From NCBI RefSeq assembly GCF_011745625.1, contig NW_027191478.1:310001-356271 (forward strand): a stretch of 46,271 bases of DNA, in the 5' to 3' direction. The stretch comes from Cladosporium halotolerans (lineage: Eukaryota). Made by a program: the position numbers and the translations under genes. Of the stretch, positions 22,156 to 34,478 are shown piece after piece (the stretch's first letter is position 1; each line of letters opens with the position of its first letter). Under the pieces are notes generated by a model, which saw only the letters and a program-made list of their open reading frames with translations, was not told where the DNA came from and searched no databases.

Positions 22156-25100
22156 TCACCTCCCCTCCACCTCCCCCCCTACCCAACTCCTCCAATACCC
22201 CCCCAGCAACCTCAGCACCTGCCTCTGGCCCATCGCGTCCTCGCACGCCAGCTGCAAGACGCCGCCCTCGAAGACCTCGCCCTCGCTCTCCGCGCCTGCG
22301 CCCGCCTTTCCCTTGCCAGCAAACTCGAGGCAGATGCTGTGCGCGAGCTCCTGGCGGTCGAGGTCGGGCGCGCAGGGCGCCTTGAACTCCGAGAGGTGGA
22401 ACTTCTTGCCCGGGCGCTGCTGGGCGGCGTGCGGGGTGGTTTGCTGCGAGGTGGGCGGGGAGAGGTGCAGGTGGCCGGTTTCGTCGAGGGAGAGCCAGCG
22501 GCGTTTCCAGAGCTGGGAGGATGGGTTAGCCTTTTCTTTTTCGGGTGGAGGGGTTTGCTGGGGGGTTGCTTGAAGAGGACTTACGAGAGTGTCGGGGAAT
22601 TGGACGTTGAGGTCGCCGACTTGGACTGCGGGGGGAGTGTCGCGGTCGAGGTTTGCGGGCGCGGGCGCGGGCGCGGTGGGCGGTGAGGTTGCGGCGACGC
22701 TGCCGGCGCGCGAGGCGCTGGTTTCGGTGGGGTTTGCGCTGGCGACGGAGACGGTGCTTGCGCCGATGAGCGAGCGTCGCTTCGAGGAGCCGCCGCCGAA
22801 GTTGCTCATGCGTTTGAAGAAGCGGCTGGTGCGGCTTCCGCCGTGCTCTTCGGTCGAGGCGATCGATGCAGAGCCGGGCTGGAGGTCGTTGGCGGGGGTG
22901 GGGCCTGGGTTGGAGGCCCTGGTGCGGCCGAGGGATTTGCGGCGAAGGGAGTGTAGAGAGCGGTGATCGGGCGACGTTGGCTCGACAGGTGGAGATGGCA
23001 TTGGTGGAAGGAAAGCTTGGGAGACGGCGGTCGGTGTTGGGACGCCACGGAGGTGGTTGATCTCGATTTGGGATTCGTGGAGGTCAGCGGTCTTTTCGCC
23101 AGAACGCTCGGTGCTGCCAGCCGTGTTAGGGCGGACAATGCGAGCTTTGACGGAAACGGAATCGCGGTTGCTGGTGTTGTCGTGAGTCGTGTTCCAGACG
23201 GGAGGTGACTCGAGCTGCTGGACAGCAGGGCTGCTGGAGCCGGTACGTTCAGCGTGAGGTCGCATTCTGAATGCCGAACCAGAGCGCGAATGGGGAGATC
23301 GCAGGGTCGGCTTGCGGTCGTTCGAAAGGAGCATCGAAGCTTGATCTGGGGACATCGCCCGGGTAGGGATGTGCACCGGAACGGTGTTTGTTTCTCTGCT
23401 AGACATTTCGTTGAGAGCCTGGATGCGGCGAGTGATGCCAGAGCTCACGTTCCTCTTCAGCGATGGGCTGGGAGTGTTACGGTCGATTGGAGAGATGCTG
23501 TGAGAGGACAGCCCAGATAGCGGCTGTTGTGCTGGCTCTGGAGAAACCGAGATGTCTCGTTCGGCACGTTGCTGTAGCTGCTGATCAGGTGAGACATCCT
23601 GTGCAGGCTGAGACACGCCGTTGGTGATGCTAATCGCTCTCACCGGGCTCCGCGAATTCGAAGCTGCGGAGTCACGGGATGGAGACCTTCCAAGATTCGG
23701 CGGAAAGAAAGGCGTGTTGGGTCCCGGAGACTTGGAAACGGACATTTCCCTGGCATCGTGGAATGTCGCGGTTTGCAGCTCTTCGAACAATTCGTTGTCG
23801 GACAGGCTGTCAGCAACACTGTTCCGGCGAGTGTCGACGTCAATGTGCAAAGGCTCGACGAGTCCGCGACGACGCTTCGCAAGGTCGCTCATCTGCTTCA
23901 TTGTTTCCTCCGAAGGTGTCGGAAGTGTACCACTGCTCTCCATGCTGCTCGGATCTCTGCTTTCTGACGCGAAATCTTCTCTTTGCGTGGCCGCTTCGGC
24001 AGTCTGTGGTCGCGAAGACGCAGTGGTGACGATAGCTGGCACATCCGTAATGAGGTTTTCGACAGAAGTGGAGAAAGCGGTTTCATCGACGTTCTGGTTG
24101 ACCGCTTTGGTTTGTGCATTGAGAGTGGTGGCATTGGCCTGTTCAGCAGATGCCTGGGTTTGTTGATGTTCCTCGTCAGGGATCGTCGCGGTCTTAGGCA
24201 GCATGTCGTGCTCGAGAGTCTTGGGGCTGGGAGTGGCTGAGTCAACTGCGCCAGCTCGCTGCTGAACCTCTGTCGCGGCGTCTTGAGACTTCTCCTCGAC
24301 CTCGATCTGTGGTGCGCTTGAAGTTTCCTGCGGTGCAACATCTTGCACGCCAGATGGCGATGCCAATAATCCTGGCGGTTGTGCCAAAGCTTCTTCTTGA
24401 GGTTCACCGCTTGGTGTCAGGGTCGCTGGGTCCTCGCTTCCGACTTCTGGTCCATTGTCGTTTTCGACGTTGGAGTTGGAGGTCACTTCACGGGATGCAG
24501 CCAATTCACTGCCCGGTTGAATGTGTTGCGCGATAGGCTGCGAAGGCGGTTCCTGCGTAGAAACAGGCACCTGCGGCACCTCTGGCGCATCGTCCACAAC
24601 CATAGGAGTCTTGACTTGAGGGTTTGACTTTCGCATTTGCTTCTTCCGCAGCTCGACGGCCTTCATCAGTCGCAGTTTTTCCGGTGTCATGGTCGTGCTC
24701 TTTTGAGAGGGCATGCTCTTCACACTTCCTCTTGAGATGGGCCTGGGATTGTATTCTGGAACATCGGGGATCGGTGGCGGGGCGGGGAAATTCAACTGGT
24801 TCGGCTGGAGGAATCCTCCTGGAGTAGTTGATGATGGCCTCTGCTGCTCTTGCTTCTTGGAAGATCGGTAAGCAGCAGGCAGTAAACTAGTTCCCAAATT
24901 TCCGCCGGACTTCCGGTGTTTCTCAGTGGCGGCGACCGGGCGTGGTCCTAGTTTGACCTTGGGCTTCGCCTCGAGATAGCTGAAATCGAAGGGTTCGTCG
25001 AGATCGGGCTTCGGGCGTTCAGGCACGGTGACTTGCTCAGTCAGCTCTGGCATAGCTTGCGATCCAGCGTCGGAGTAGACAGTTGAGATTGGTCGTTCAG

Positions 25101-26093
25101 TGGCCTCGCTAGGTCTTTCAGGCGAAGGTTCGCGAATGCTAGGCGCTTGAACTGGGGCGTGAGAAATTTCGTCGTTCGTAATGTCATCTTTGAGCTCAGC
25201 CGTCTGGTCTTCCGGATGCTGCAGCTCGACAGTGCTTGGGATGGTTTCCGTCTCCTTGACCGTCGAAGCATCTGATTCCACTGTCGACGGTGCATACTCC
25301 GAAAGCGAGGATGTAGAAGGTGTGAGAGGAGTGATAGATCGGGTGCCAGAGTCTTCGCGAACGAGGAATTGTGATATTGAGGGCTTCGTGCCAGTGGGCG
25401 GTGAAGCGGGAAGTGAATGAAAAGACCGCGCTGATCCGGCTGGGCTGACAGGACGTGCCTGCTCGGACCGCATGAGCTGGTCCACCCTTCTTTCAGCCTT
25501 GTACCGGCTGGTACCAAATTTGGCGCTTGTACTGCTCTTGGTCCTCATTGGCGCCCTCGGTATGAGCGCACCGTTGCCGCCGTCTTCTGCATCCTCGCTG
25601 ATTTCGTCCAAGCGAGTGGTGGAGACTGCGGGAGAGGCAGTGTGTAGTGGGAAGGAGGATGCCAGAGATGTGTCGCTAAGCTCGTCCGGGTGGGAGATTT
25701 CGAGGATGGTCTCATACGGCGCATATCGCTCGGCGACAGCTTGGAAGTGAACGGCAGTCCTGGCTGTGGGAGTGGTCAGCTTTCATCCGGCCTCAATTCG
25801 CGGCCTCATTGCGCATGGCGCAAGAACGTACCCTGCAGCAGGCGCGAAGTGCCCTCCGGAATGTATTTGATGAGGATTTTGCGGCGACGGTAGATGATCA
25901 AGCCGTAGAGCGGCGACTTGTCTTCGTACTTGATCAGCTCGTTGCGCGCCTCGTGCACGCCGCCCTTGCCTCGCGCGAGCAGCTCGACGGAGTCCCTGGA
26001 GGTGTACTTCAGCAAGAACCAGCCACCGACCTCGACAATGGCGGCATTGTGGGCGTCGGTGACTTCTTGGGCATCGAGGCCATTCAGCGACAT
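22156..26093 (-). CDS. Large protein with N-terminal ADF-H (cofilin/Abp1-like) domain, long Ser/Pro-rich disordered region and C-terminal PH-like domain (exons 26093-25832, 25763-22585, 22512-22156)
   Basis: Exon 1 GWFLLKY...LLARGKGG...PLYG..YRRRKILIKYIPEGTSRLLQ|ARTAVHF is ADF-H-like. C-terminal GDLNVQFPDTL|LWKRRWLSLD...LQLACED is PH-like. Canonical introns with CTGAC/CTAAC branch points. Confidence 0.82.
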
Positions 26094-26570
26094 GATCGGG
26101 TCGCGGCAGCGGGTATGGCGGAGGTGGTTGTCTGGCGCTGCAGGTGTGCAGACAGCGCGGCGTGATCACACTCAGTCGCGCGCGGTGGGATGTGACGGGA
26201 GGGGGCGCATCACAGAGGCATGTAGCACTGCCATGGGCTGGCGGCGGCGGCTCACGCTGACATGTGCCTGGCGTGCTGCGGTGCGGTCGTCGCGGAGGGA
26301 GATGCAGGCGGTGATGGGGTGCGTGGGAGGTGAGACAGTGTGCAGACAGATGGCGGGCCACGGCAACGAGCAGCTGGACCACAGGGTTCGCGCGAAGAAG
26401 CGGGCGAGGAGGACACAGGGCAGAGCTTGGACAGCGCGAGGTGAGAGCACGGAGAGCGCAGCGGCCACGTCGGGCAGGTTGTCGAGCGGTCGACAGGGAA
26501 GAGGCCTGCTGCGCGCCGATCAGCGCGCCAGGCTCTGGCACCGCGCGAGTCTATCGACCGGCCCACGCTC

Positions 26571-26664
26571 GAGCACTGCTTCTACTGGTTGTGAGCATGG
26601 CTTCTACTGGTTGTGTGAGCCTGCTTTCTACTGGTTGTGTGAGCATGCTTTCTACTGGTCGTGT
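26571..26664. repeat. Minisatellite, 4 copies of a 22-24 bp unit (GAGCATGCTTTCTACTGGTTGTGT consensus)
   Basis: Units read directly at 26571-26592, 26593-26616, 26617-26640 and 26641-26664. Confidence 0.9.
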
Positions 26665-27574
26665 CCCGCCAGCCATACAGCGCCGCCCACAGCAGCCAGA
26701 ACGGCTCCTCTCCCACGCCCGGTAGAGAGGGACAAGCACGGCGAATCACGAACTCGGCGTGCCTCTTCGCACGAGGCCGGCCATGCGTCTGGCCGCGCGC
26801 CCCCGTCCTTAGCTGCCCAGTCCGCCCACACATCCCGGTCGATGAGGCTGAAGAGCGTGTTCGCGCTGCCTCCGCCCGCCAATTTCGGCAGCGCTGCCAG
26901 ATCTCGAATCCTACGCCCCTGTCCCGCCGCACGCCGCTCCGCCTCTCTTCACTCGTCTTCACGCGGGCCCTATAGCACGCCGCCGCTATTGCCGAGTCAT
27001 GCTCGTCATCTCCCTGCTCCCCCACTGATCTTCACTTCTCGACTACAAGAGGAAGCAAGCCCCGCCGCTACGCAACGCGTGAAGAACGGCGTAGAAGGGT
27101 AGAACGACGCTGCGGAGGGTGCGTCGTCACCGTCGTATACCCGTAGCAGAAGCCGTTTGCTCGTATCCTCGAGCGCTTCCCCTTTTCGCATGCATGAGCC
27201 TGCACCTTGACCGCGGACGCGGGATGTACCCCCCGGAGGTCACTTACATGTATGACGGCTGACCCGCATGCATCCTATGCCGGCCGGCAATCACCCGCGC
27301 AGTCCGATCTGTCTCGGAGTCGGAAGTGCGTGCATGTCGACGGCTCTGAGCTCCGGTTCGTCGGTCTTTCTCCGAAATGGTATGCACCGGGCGACGATTG
27401 CAATCCTTCGAGAAGGGGACGACTCTCCGCAGAGCTGGGCAACTGCCTTGTGGATCTAAAATCTAGGATCCAGGTGGCCTTAGGCTCCGAAGTCTCCTTC
27501 GACGAGGCTTCCAGAGCCGCTTGGCCAGATAGGGCAACCACGCAGCTCTGCCTTAGGTTCAGCTGCAGGAAAGC

Positions 27575-27594
27575 CCATCGGAGCCTGCCGATGG
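27575..27594. promoter_or_regulatory. UaY/Ppr1-type Zn2Cys6 binding site TCGG-N6-CCGA in an extended palindrome
   Basis: CCATCGG-AGCCTG-CCGATGG about 340 bp upstream of the OHCU decarboxylase ATG, with HGATAR sites at 27527-27532 and 27605-27610. Confidence 0.65.
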
Positions 27595-27930
27595 ATTCAC
27601 GCCGCTATCTACCACTTCACCACTGCAAGACAAACAATTGTATTGTGACTGTATCGATCGCACGCAAAAGAATTCATACAAATATCAAGTGTTGCATTAT
27701 CCCAATCCCACAAAAAGTTCCCCCGTTGCACGACCATACTCCAGCGACCTCCTCCCACCACCGCCGAGCTCTCAGCCAACTCATCTAGACCAGACCAGAC
27801 TCGCCTCCACCACGCCTTCCAATCCAGACTCCAACCGAACCACCACTCCAACCGACAACCCCTCATCCACCTTCCAATCCCACCAACCAACCAACCCCAA
27901 CCCAAAACAAACCAAAGGAAAAAAAAACCA

Positions 27931-28575
27931 ATGTCCCTCCCCACCCCCCTCCCCCCAGCCCCAACCCTCCCCACCCTCCCTCAATCCACCCAAACAACCC
28001 TCCTAACAACCCTCTTCGAACCCTCCCCACCCCTGCACGCCACCCTCCTCCCCCTCCTCCAAACCCCGCACCAAACCTACGCCTCCCTCCTCTCCTCCAT
28101 CCGCACCCACCTCCTCTCCCTCCGCTCTACCGCCCCAGAAACCCTCCTCGCGATCCTCGCCTCGCACCCGCGCCTCGGCGCGAAAAAAGTCGAGAGCGCG
28201 CAGAGCCGGGCGGAGCAGGCGAATCTCCAAGCAGAGGATGATGGCAACGAGGGGAGGGGGGAGGAGCTGGCGGCGCTGAACGAGGAGTACGAGGCGAGGT
28301 TCCCTGGCTTGCGGTTTGTGGTTTTTGTGAATGGACGGGGGCGGGGGGAGATTGTGGAGGTGCTGAGGGGGAGGATTGAGCGCGGGGATTGGGAGGCGGA
28401 GAGGGTGGGGGGTGTTGAGGTGAGATTTTTTTTTTTTTTTTCTTGTTATTCGTTAGGTTTGGATTGTGCTGTTTGTTGGTGTTTGAGATTGTTGCGGATC
28501 TTATGCTGATGTGTTGCTACCTAGGCGATGTGCGAGATCGCGGCTGACAGGGCGGCGAAGCTGGGTGGTGTCTGA
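27931..28575 (+). CDS. OHCU (2-oxo-4-hydroxy-4-carboxy-5-ureidoimidazoline) decarboxylase, urate catabolism (exons 27931-28419, 28525-28575)
   Basis: LFEPS, ILASHPRLG (catalytic His), SAQSRAEQA, LNEEYEARFPGLRFVVFVNGR, and AMCEIAADRAAKL after splicing. Confidence 0.92.
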
Positions 28576-28850
28576 GGGATCATTGAACAACGAGACGATG
28601 GAGGATCCGGGACGAGCTCCTTCCGGTGGGCAAGGATGGCGCCATGGTCGCAAAATGATTGACGCCGCTGATTCCACTTCCAAGCTTGGCGCTACCTAGG
28701 ACGTCACCAACAGACCCACGATGAGCATGAACAGGAACGCTGTAGGTAGATACAAATGTTTACGGCCTGCCGATCAAAACTCCAAATCCGTTTACACCAC
28801 ACGCGTATGCAAAAACGTGACCGTGAAAACCCTCAGCTTCACAATCCCCC

Positions 28851-30676
28851 TCACTTCCCACCCTTCGTCAACCTCCCGCTCTCGCCCTCACTCTCGCTCT
28901 CCTCGTCGTCGCTGAACCTCTCGTCCTCGAGCGCAAACATCGTCTCGCCGTCCAGGCTCTCCCTAGGCAGGCTGGAAGGCTTCTTGGGAATGGGCGCGGG
29001 GAGAGGCGAGGCGTCGCGCTGGCTGCGCGAGGAGTTCTGGAGCGAGTCGTACGCGGGTGGTTTGGGGTTGCTGCTGCCGTCGCCGTCGCCGGCCTCGAGG
29101 TCTTCGAGGTCGAGCGAGTCGCGCGACGCGAGGTCGAAGCCGTCGTCGTCTTGGGCGATCTGTGAGGGGAGTGTTAGTGCGGAGTCGCTTGCAGCGTAGA
29201 TAGATGTGTGATGTGCAGCTTACCTCATCGCTCATGGCGAAACGGCGGTTGTTAGCCGTGGGCCGCCAGATGTACGCGACGAAAGCCACGTCGGCGAAGT
29301 AGATCAGGTTGAGCCAGCCGTCGAGGATGAACCAGCGCGTGGACCAGTGGTTGGGCACGAAGTCCTCGTCGCTCTGGCCCGCGAAAGTCCAGCTGTTGAC
29401 GAAGAAGAAGGCGAAGATGACGACGATGGAGATCAGGATGCACCACCACAGCTTCTTGTACATCGCGGCCTTGACCGTCTGCTTGCGCTGAGTAAGGTCC
29501 TTGAGCGTGTAGTTCAGGCTGTTTAGGGTCCAGACGTAGAAGGCGGTGAGCGTTGCTGCGAGCGGAAGGACGACTAGCAGGACCAAGGGACCGGCGTTTT
29601 CGGGTGTCACGGAGAGGGATGCGATCGCGTAGATCATGCCGAAGACGAAGTGCGTGATTGCGAGCCAGCGGACGTATATCATGGTCTTGCCCAGTGAGAG
29701 TTTGACAACACCATACCCCATGCAGACAATTAGCAAGAGGAAGAAGGAGAAGCTGTTGCGGAAGGCCGACAGGATCGACACCACTACAAGCAACACCTTA
29801 GCTCCCGTGTTGAGGCCATGACGGTTTTGGTAATCATAGAATAGCCAGGTCATGAACATCTCCAGTACGAGGAATGCCAGAATTGCAGTGATGTAGTTCT
29901 GCACTGGCAGGATGTCGTGGCGATTGAGGTAATACAGAATCCCCCAACCGATGCCGAGCAGAGCGTACACCAAAGTGAAAGCGGCGTAAAACGGCAGCTT
30001 GACGATCTGTGCAGCAGGCAGTTCGCCAAAGGAATTGCGGAATTCCACGACCGCATCATATTCCTCAACACCGAAGCCAAACGTACCGACACAATAATAA
30101 CCCGTCCGCTTGATTGGGTAGTTGATCGCAGGCGGGTCCTTGAGGTGTACCGCCATTGAAATGACCTGTGATCGGGAGGCTTCTGTCGCGTTGTCTGCCG
30201 TGATGAATGCTCCTATGTCTTCTTGCTTGCAATATCCAGAGTCCACATTTCCTTGATCGCAAATGTATACATGCTGTCCCCGGCTTCGTCAGCACAATGC
30301 TCAGCTGCTCCTATCCCTCCAGCAATACTGTACTCACGTCGTCTGGGGGATCCACAGGTTTCCCTATCAGATGTTTATCCTGCCACTCGAACACCACCAA
30401 GCTTACTATGGGATCTTCGCCCTCGGGGATGTTTTCAGGTTTCATGAATTTGGTCAGGATGAAGGGATCCACGTTTCCGCCCCATCCTTTTCTCGAGTAC
30501 ATGCCGGAGCATACTTGGCGTTTGCTGTCCTTCTGGTTCTGCAATAAATCTGTTCAGTGGCTGTGTGGAGCATGTGTTGTCGATCTGGCGAGACCTACCA
30601 CAGTCTCTTCTGCTGCCTGAACTCCAGCTAGAAGCTGTAACCCAAGCAGACATGCTGCGCTCCGCCATCTCCCCAT
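28851..30676 (-). CDS. PTM1: PTM1 / GOST (Lung 7TM receptor family) membrane protein (exons 30676-30599, 30538-30338, 30273-29224, 29159-28851)
   Basis: Signal peptide. CSGMYS, TGYYCV, FRNSFGELPA, ILPVQNYI, LLLIVCMGYGVV, WRPTANNRRFAMSDE|IAQDD, and an acidic C-terminal tail. Confidence 0.9.
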
Positions 30677-31135
30677 TGTGGTTGTGTCTCCCTCTTATCC
30701 AACGTCTAATATTCTTCTGATCTTGCGCTCGACTTCTACAGATGGTGGTCTCTTCTAGGCTCGGGCAGTATGCAGCCTTGCCGGATGTCGCAAGCAATGG
30801 ACCAGCTTCCGGGAGTGCCGCAGAGCTCCGGTTGTAGGACAAGAGGTCGGTCGGTTATAATCGCTGAATCGTTCGGGGTAATGCAGCCTCGTGAATTGTA
30901 ATGTAGGTATCAATCTCTAAGCAGAGCGTGAATGTGTCGTGATGGCGCGAGGCTCTTCTCGCAGGTCGCAGGCCGACGTTGACATGTGAGCGCGCGCCTC
31001 CCCGGCTTCAAGCTCCCGCTGCGTCGCGTCCGCCACGCATGTCTAACGACGACTTTTACCCCCTGTAAGGAGCCCTATGAACGGAAGCACACAACGATCG
31101 CAAAAGATTGGTCGATTCGCATAGCGGGCACCGAG

Positions 31136-31872
31136 ATGCCAAACCTCAATCTGTCCGGCAGCCTCAATGTATTGAGGCTGTTCGCGAATCCGGCTCTCTG
31201 CCTGCCGCATCATACCGTCTCGTCCTTCGACAAAATTCCCGTCCCGCTGAATGAAGCATTTCAGACGGGCAAAGGCGAGAAGAAACCCGACATTCGCGCT
31301 GTAGTCCTGGACAAAGACAATTGCTTCGCGGTCCCGCACCAAAACGAGATCTTTCCCTCCTACAAAACTAAATTCGATGAACTCCGGAAAGCGTACCCAG
31401 GATCAAAACTTCTGATCGTCTCAAACTCCTCTGGCACTGGCGCAGATCCCGGATACAAAGACGCCGAGCTTCTGGAAAGCAACACAGGAGTCACCGTCCT
31501 ACGTCACGCCACGAAGAAGCCAGGCTGTCATGGCGAAATCATGGACTACTTCCGCAGCAAGCCAGACTCCCAAGTCACGAGGCCAGACCAAGTGGCCATC
31601 GTCGGCGACCGCCTCTTCACCGACATGCTGATGGCAAATATGATGGGCGCCCACAGCGTCTGGGTCCGCGACGGAGTCGTCGAAGACCGCAACATCGTAA
31701 GTAGTGAAGCCCACCAAACATCCAAACCCTCTCAAAACAACCACCTCCCCCTCCTCACAGCACCAAACTAACGCACCCCGACCCCCAGCTCGCCCGCTTC
31801 GAGAAACACCTCAGCACCTACCTCTTCGCCCACGGCTACACGGCACCGAACCCACGCAGCGACTTCGAGTAG
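31136..31872 (+). CDS. GEP4: Mitochondrial phosphatidylglycerophosphatase (HAD superfamily; exons 31136-31696, 31789-31872)
   Basis: NLSGSLN N-terminus, AVVLDKDNC (DxD), LIVSNSSG, RHATKKPGC, IVGDRLFTD. Confidence 0.92.
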
Positions 31873-32686
31873 CACATCCATAAAAAGCCCGCGAGGCTCC
31901 AGCGCATGGATCACTTCCTCGCCACAATACGGCCGAGATCGCGCCTTTCGTTGGGAAACGAGCACTCCACGGGGCACAACTGCCCGCGCTGAAATACCGC
32001 CGACATGCCTCCATCCCCATGAGGGGGTGCGTTGACGAGGTTCTCCGCCGCCCGCTCTCTCCGCCCCCCTCCTCTCCTCGCTTGCAGAGTCGGTCCGACG
32101 TCGCGTGCGCGACCCCGCGGGCGGCGGCGGTTTCTCGCTGCCCCGGTGTCCTCCGCCGGTGAGACGGCGGGGAGTGCAGGAGGGCGGTGGGCTCTTTCCC
32201 CTCGGTGGCGTTGAGGGGTGCGGTGATCGCCGGTCGGGGTGGGGTTGGCGTGTGACGTGTGGTGGGAGGGCGGAGAGTTGGATGGGATGGCGGTTTTGAG
32301 TGATTTCTCTCTGTAGCGTTTTAGCGAATGCTCGTTGAAGGGCTCTTGATGTTGAATTGGATGTGTCAATCATGATGTTGGTGGTTATTTGCAACGACGG
32401 CAGCGAAGAGTAACGTTTGAAGTGACAGTGAGGACAAGGTACCTCGGAGCAAAAGAGTGAAGTTAGAAATCTTCATTAAAACGGTTTTTACATCTGTTCT
32501 CACACGCATGAAACCCTTCTCAAGAATGCAAGAGCTCCAAAACGCGAGACGCCATAAACCCCTCACAGAAGTGGTTCTTTTGTTTTTGGCCATTCAACTC
32601 AATAAAGGCCTTCCCATAATCCATTCATCCCATCCCATTCAAAACATGTACACCGTGGCAATGCTAAAATCAATGAACTTTTCCGC

Positions 32687-34478
32687 TTACTCGCCAATGG
32701 TGGTGGTGGGAGTGCGCTCCATAGCAGCGCCCTCCTTGTTGGCGTGGGCGTCAGAGTTCTCGCGGCTGCTCTCCTCGTCGGCGGGGGTCTTGCTGCCGCC
32801 CCACTTGGCGCTGGTGATGGGGTTGACGCCGAGGATGTACATGGTGTCAATCTCCTCGAGAGAGCGGTCCTTGGACTCAATGACGAAGAAGAAGACGAAG
32901 AAGGCGAGGAACAGGCAGGAGCCGCCGAAGACGAGACCGTACCAGTAGCCAATGTCGTTGGTGATGAAGGTGGTGAAGAAAGAGATGAGGAAGTTCTGCA
33001 TCTTATGTTAGTGAAAGATCGCATAATTGAGGTTGTGAGATTTGCTTACCCAGAGCCAGTTGGAGGCAGTGGCAAGGGCCATGCAGGGGGCACGGTAGCG
33101 AGCAGGGTAGAGCTCAGCAACGACAGCCCAGACGAGGGGACCCCAGGTGGTGGCGAAGGAGACGATGAACAGGCAGGTGAAGACGATCAGGACGTTACCC
33201 GCGGCGCTGCTGCCAGTCTTCTCGAGAACGAGCTCACCGACGGTCGCGTAGATCAAGAAGCAGATCACAGCCCAAAGAGCACCAACGATGAGCGCCATGC
33301 GACGAGAGGACTTCTGGACAACGTAGAGACCACCGAAAGTGCAGAAGACGTTGACGGAGCCGAGGATGATCTGGGTGACGTAGGAGTCAGAGAGACCGAC
33401 ACCCTGGAAGACAGTCGTGCCGTAGTAGAAGAAGAAGTTGGCACCGGTGAGCTGCTGGCCAGCCTGGAGAACGACACCGATCATGACACGACGAAGCATG
33501 GTCGGGGCAGTGAACATCTCCCACCACTTGGTGTCCTTTCCAGCCCTCTCCTCATCAAGCTTGAAGCGGATCTCAGCAATCTGGTCGTTGACGGACTTGT
33601 GGTTGATGTCAACACCACCGAGCCTGGCAATGGTCGCACGAGCCTCCTCCTCGCGACCCTGACGGAAAGCGAAACGGGGAGACTCCGGAAGGACGAGCAT
33701 ACCACCACCGAGGATCAGGGCCCAAAGGAAACCGAGGCCGACAGTGATGCGCCACGAAGCGCTGCCAGACATGTCGTGAGTGCCGTAGTTGACCATGTAG
33801 GCGGTCCAGATACCGAGGGTGACGAAAAGCTGGTAGCAGGCGACGACCACACCACGAATGACCGCGGGAGTGCTCTCAGACTGGTACATGGGGACGGTGA
33901 CACTGAGGGCACCAACACCCATGCCGGTGACGAGACGACCGACAGCGAATTGAGCCCAGGAGGTCATGGAAGAGATCTCGATGATCATGCCGACCATGCA
34001 CCAGAATGCAGAGGCAGAGACGGCCATCTTGCGACCAAGGGTGTCCGCGAGCTTTCCAACGATGAGAGAGCCGATCAAAGAGCCAGCGCAGAGCAGAGAG
34101 ACGATGGTGCCCTGACGGACAGCGTTGAAAGTGTATTGCTCGTGAAGAGGGGCGCTGGGGTCGACAGAGGGCTGGTACTCGCCAAAGCGACGCGCGTAGT
34201 CGTCCATGTTGAAGTAACCGGAAATCTGACCGGAAGTGTAACCAAACCTTTCTTGGTGTCAGCGAGAGCCCTGGTCGTTTCGATTGTGCAATTGGAACTT
34301 ACATGAAACCACCGATACTGGCAACACAGCCCAGGAAGACGGCCATGAAGGTGACCTTCTGGTCAGAGGCAGAGAGCTCATTGTTGCCGGCATGAGCACC
34401 GTTGGCAATCGGAGAAGAGGTCTTCTCGAGCTGGGCAGCCTGGTTGGCCTCCCGCTCCGTACGCTTCAGGAACGGCAT
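32687..34478 (-). CDS. Hexose transporter, sugar porter family (exons 34478-34303, 34247-33050, 32995-32687)
   Basis: GGFM|FGY, ADTLGRK, PMYQSE, PESPR, QQLTGANFFFYYG, TTWGP, ESKDRSLEEID. Confidence 0.95.

Noticed and set aside
26571..26664. Possible CRISPR-like array
   Set aside because: Head-to-tail repeats without unique spacers, in a eukaryotic genome.
25918..27102. 394-aa plus-strand ORF with repeated CEHxFYWL
   Set aside because: Arg/Ala/Ser-rich GC artefact with a non-ATG start, overlapping the ADF-H exon antisense; the peptide repeat is just the minisatellite translated.
31768..32394. Minus-strand ORFs of 152-208 aa between GEP4 and the hexose transporter
   Set aside because: Low-complexity Pro/Arg-rich translations without motifs; likely non-coding or UTR sequence.
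32744..34306. 520-aa plus-strand ORF
   Set aside because: Antisense shadow of the codon-biased hexose transporter; no recognisable motifs.
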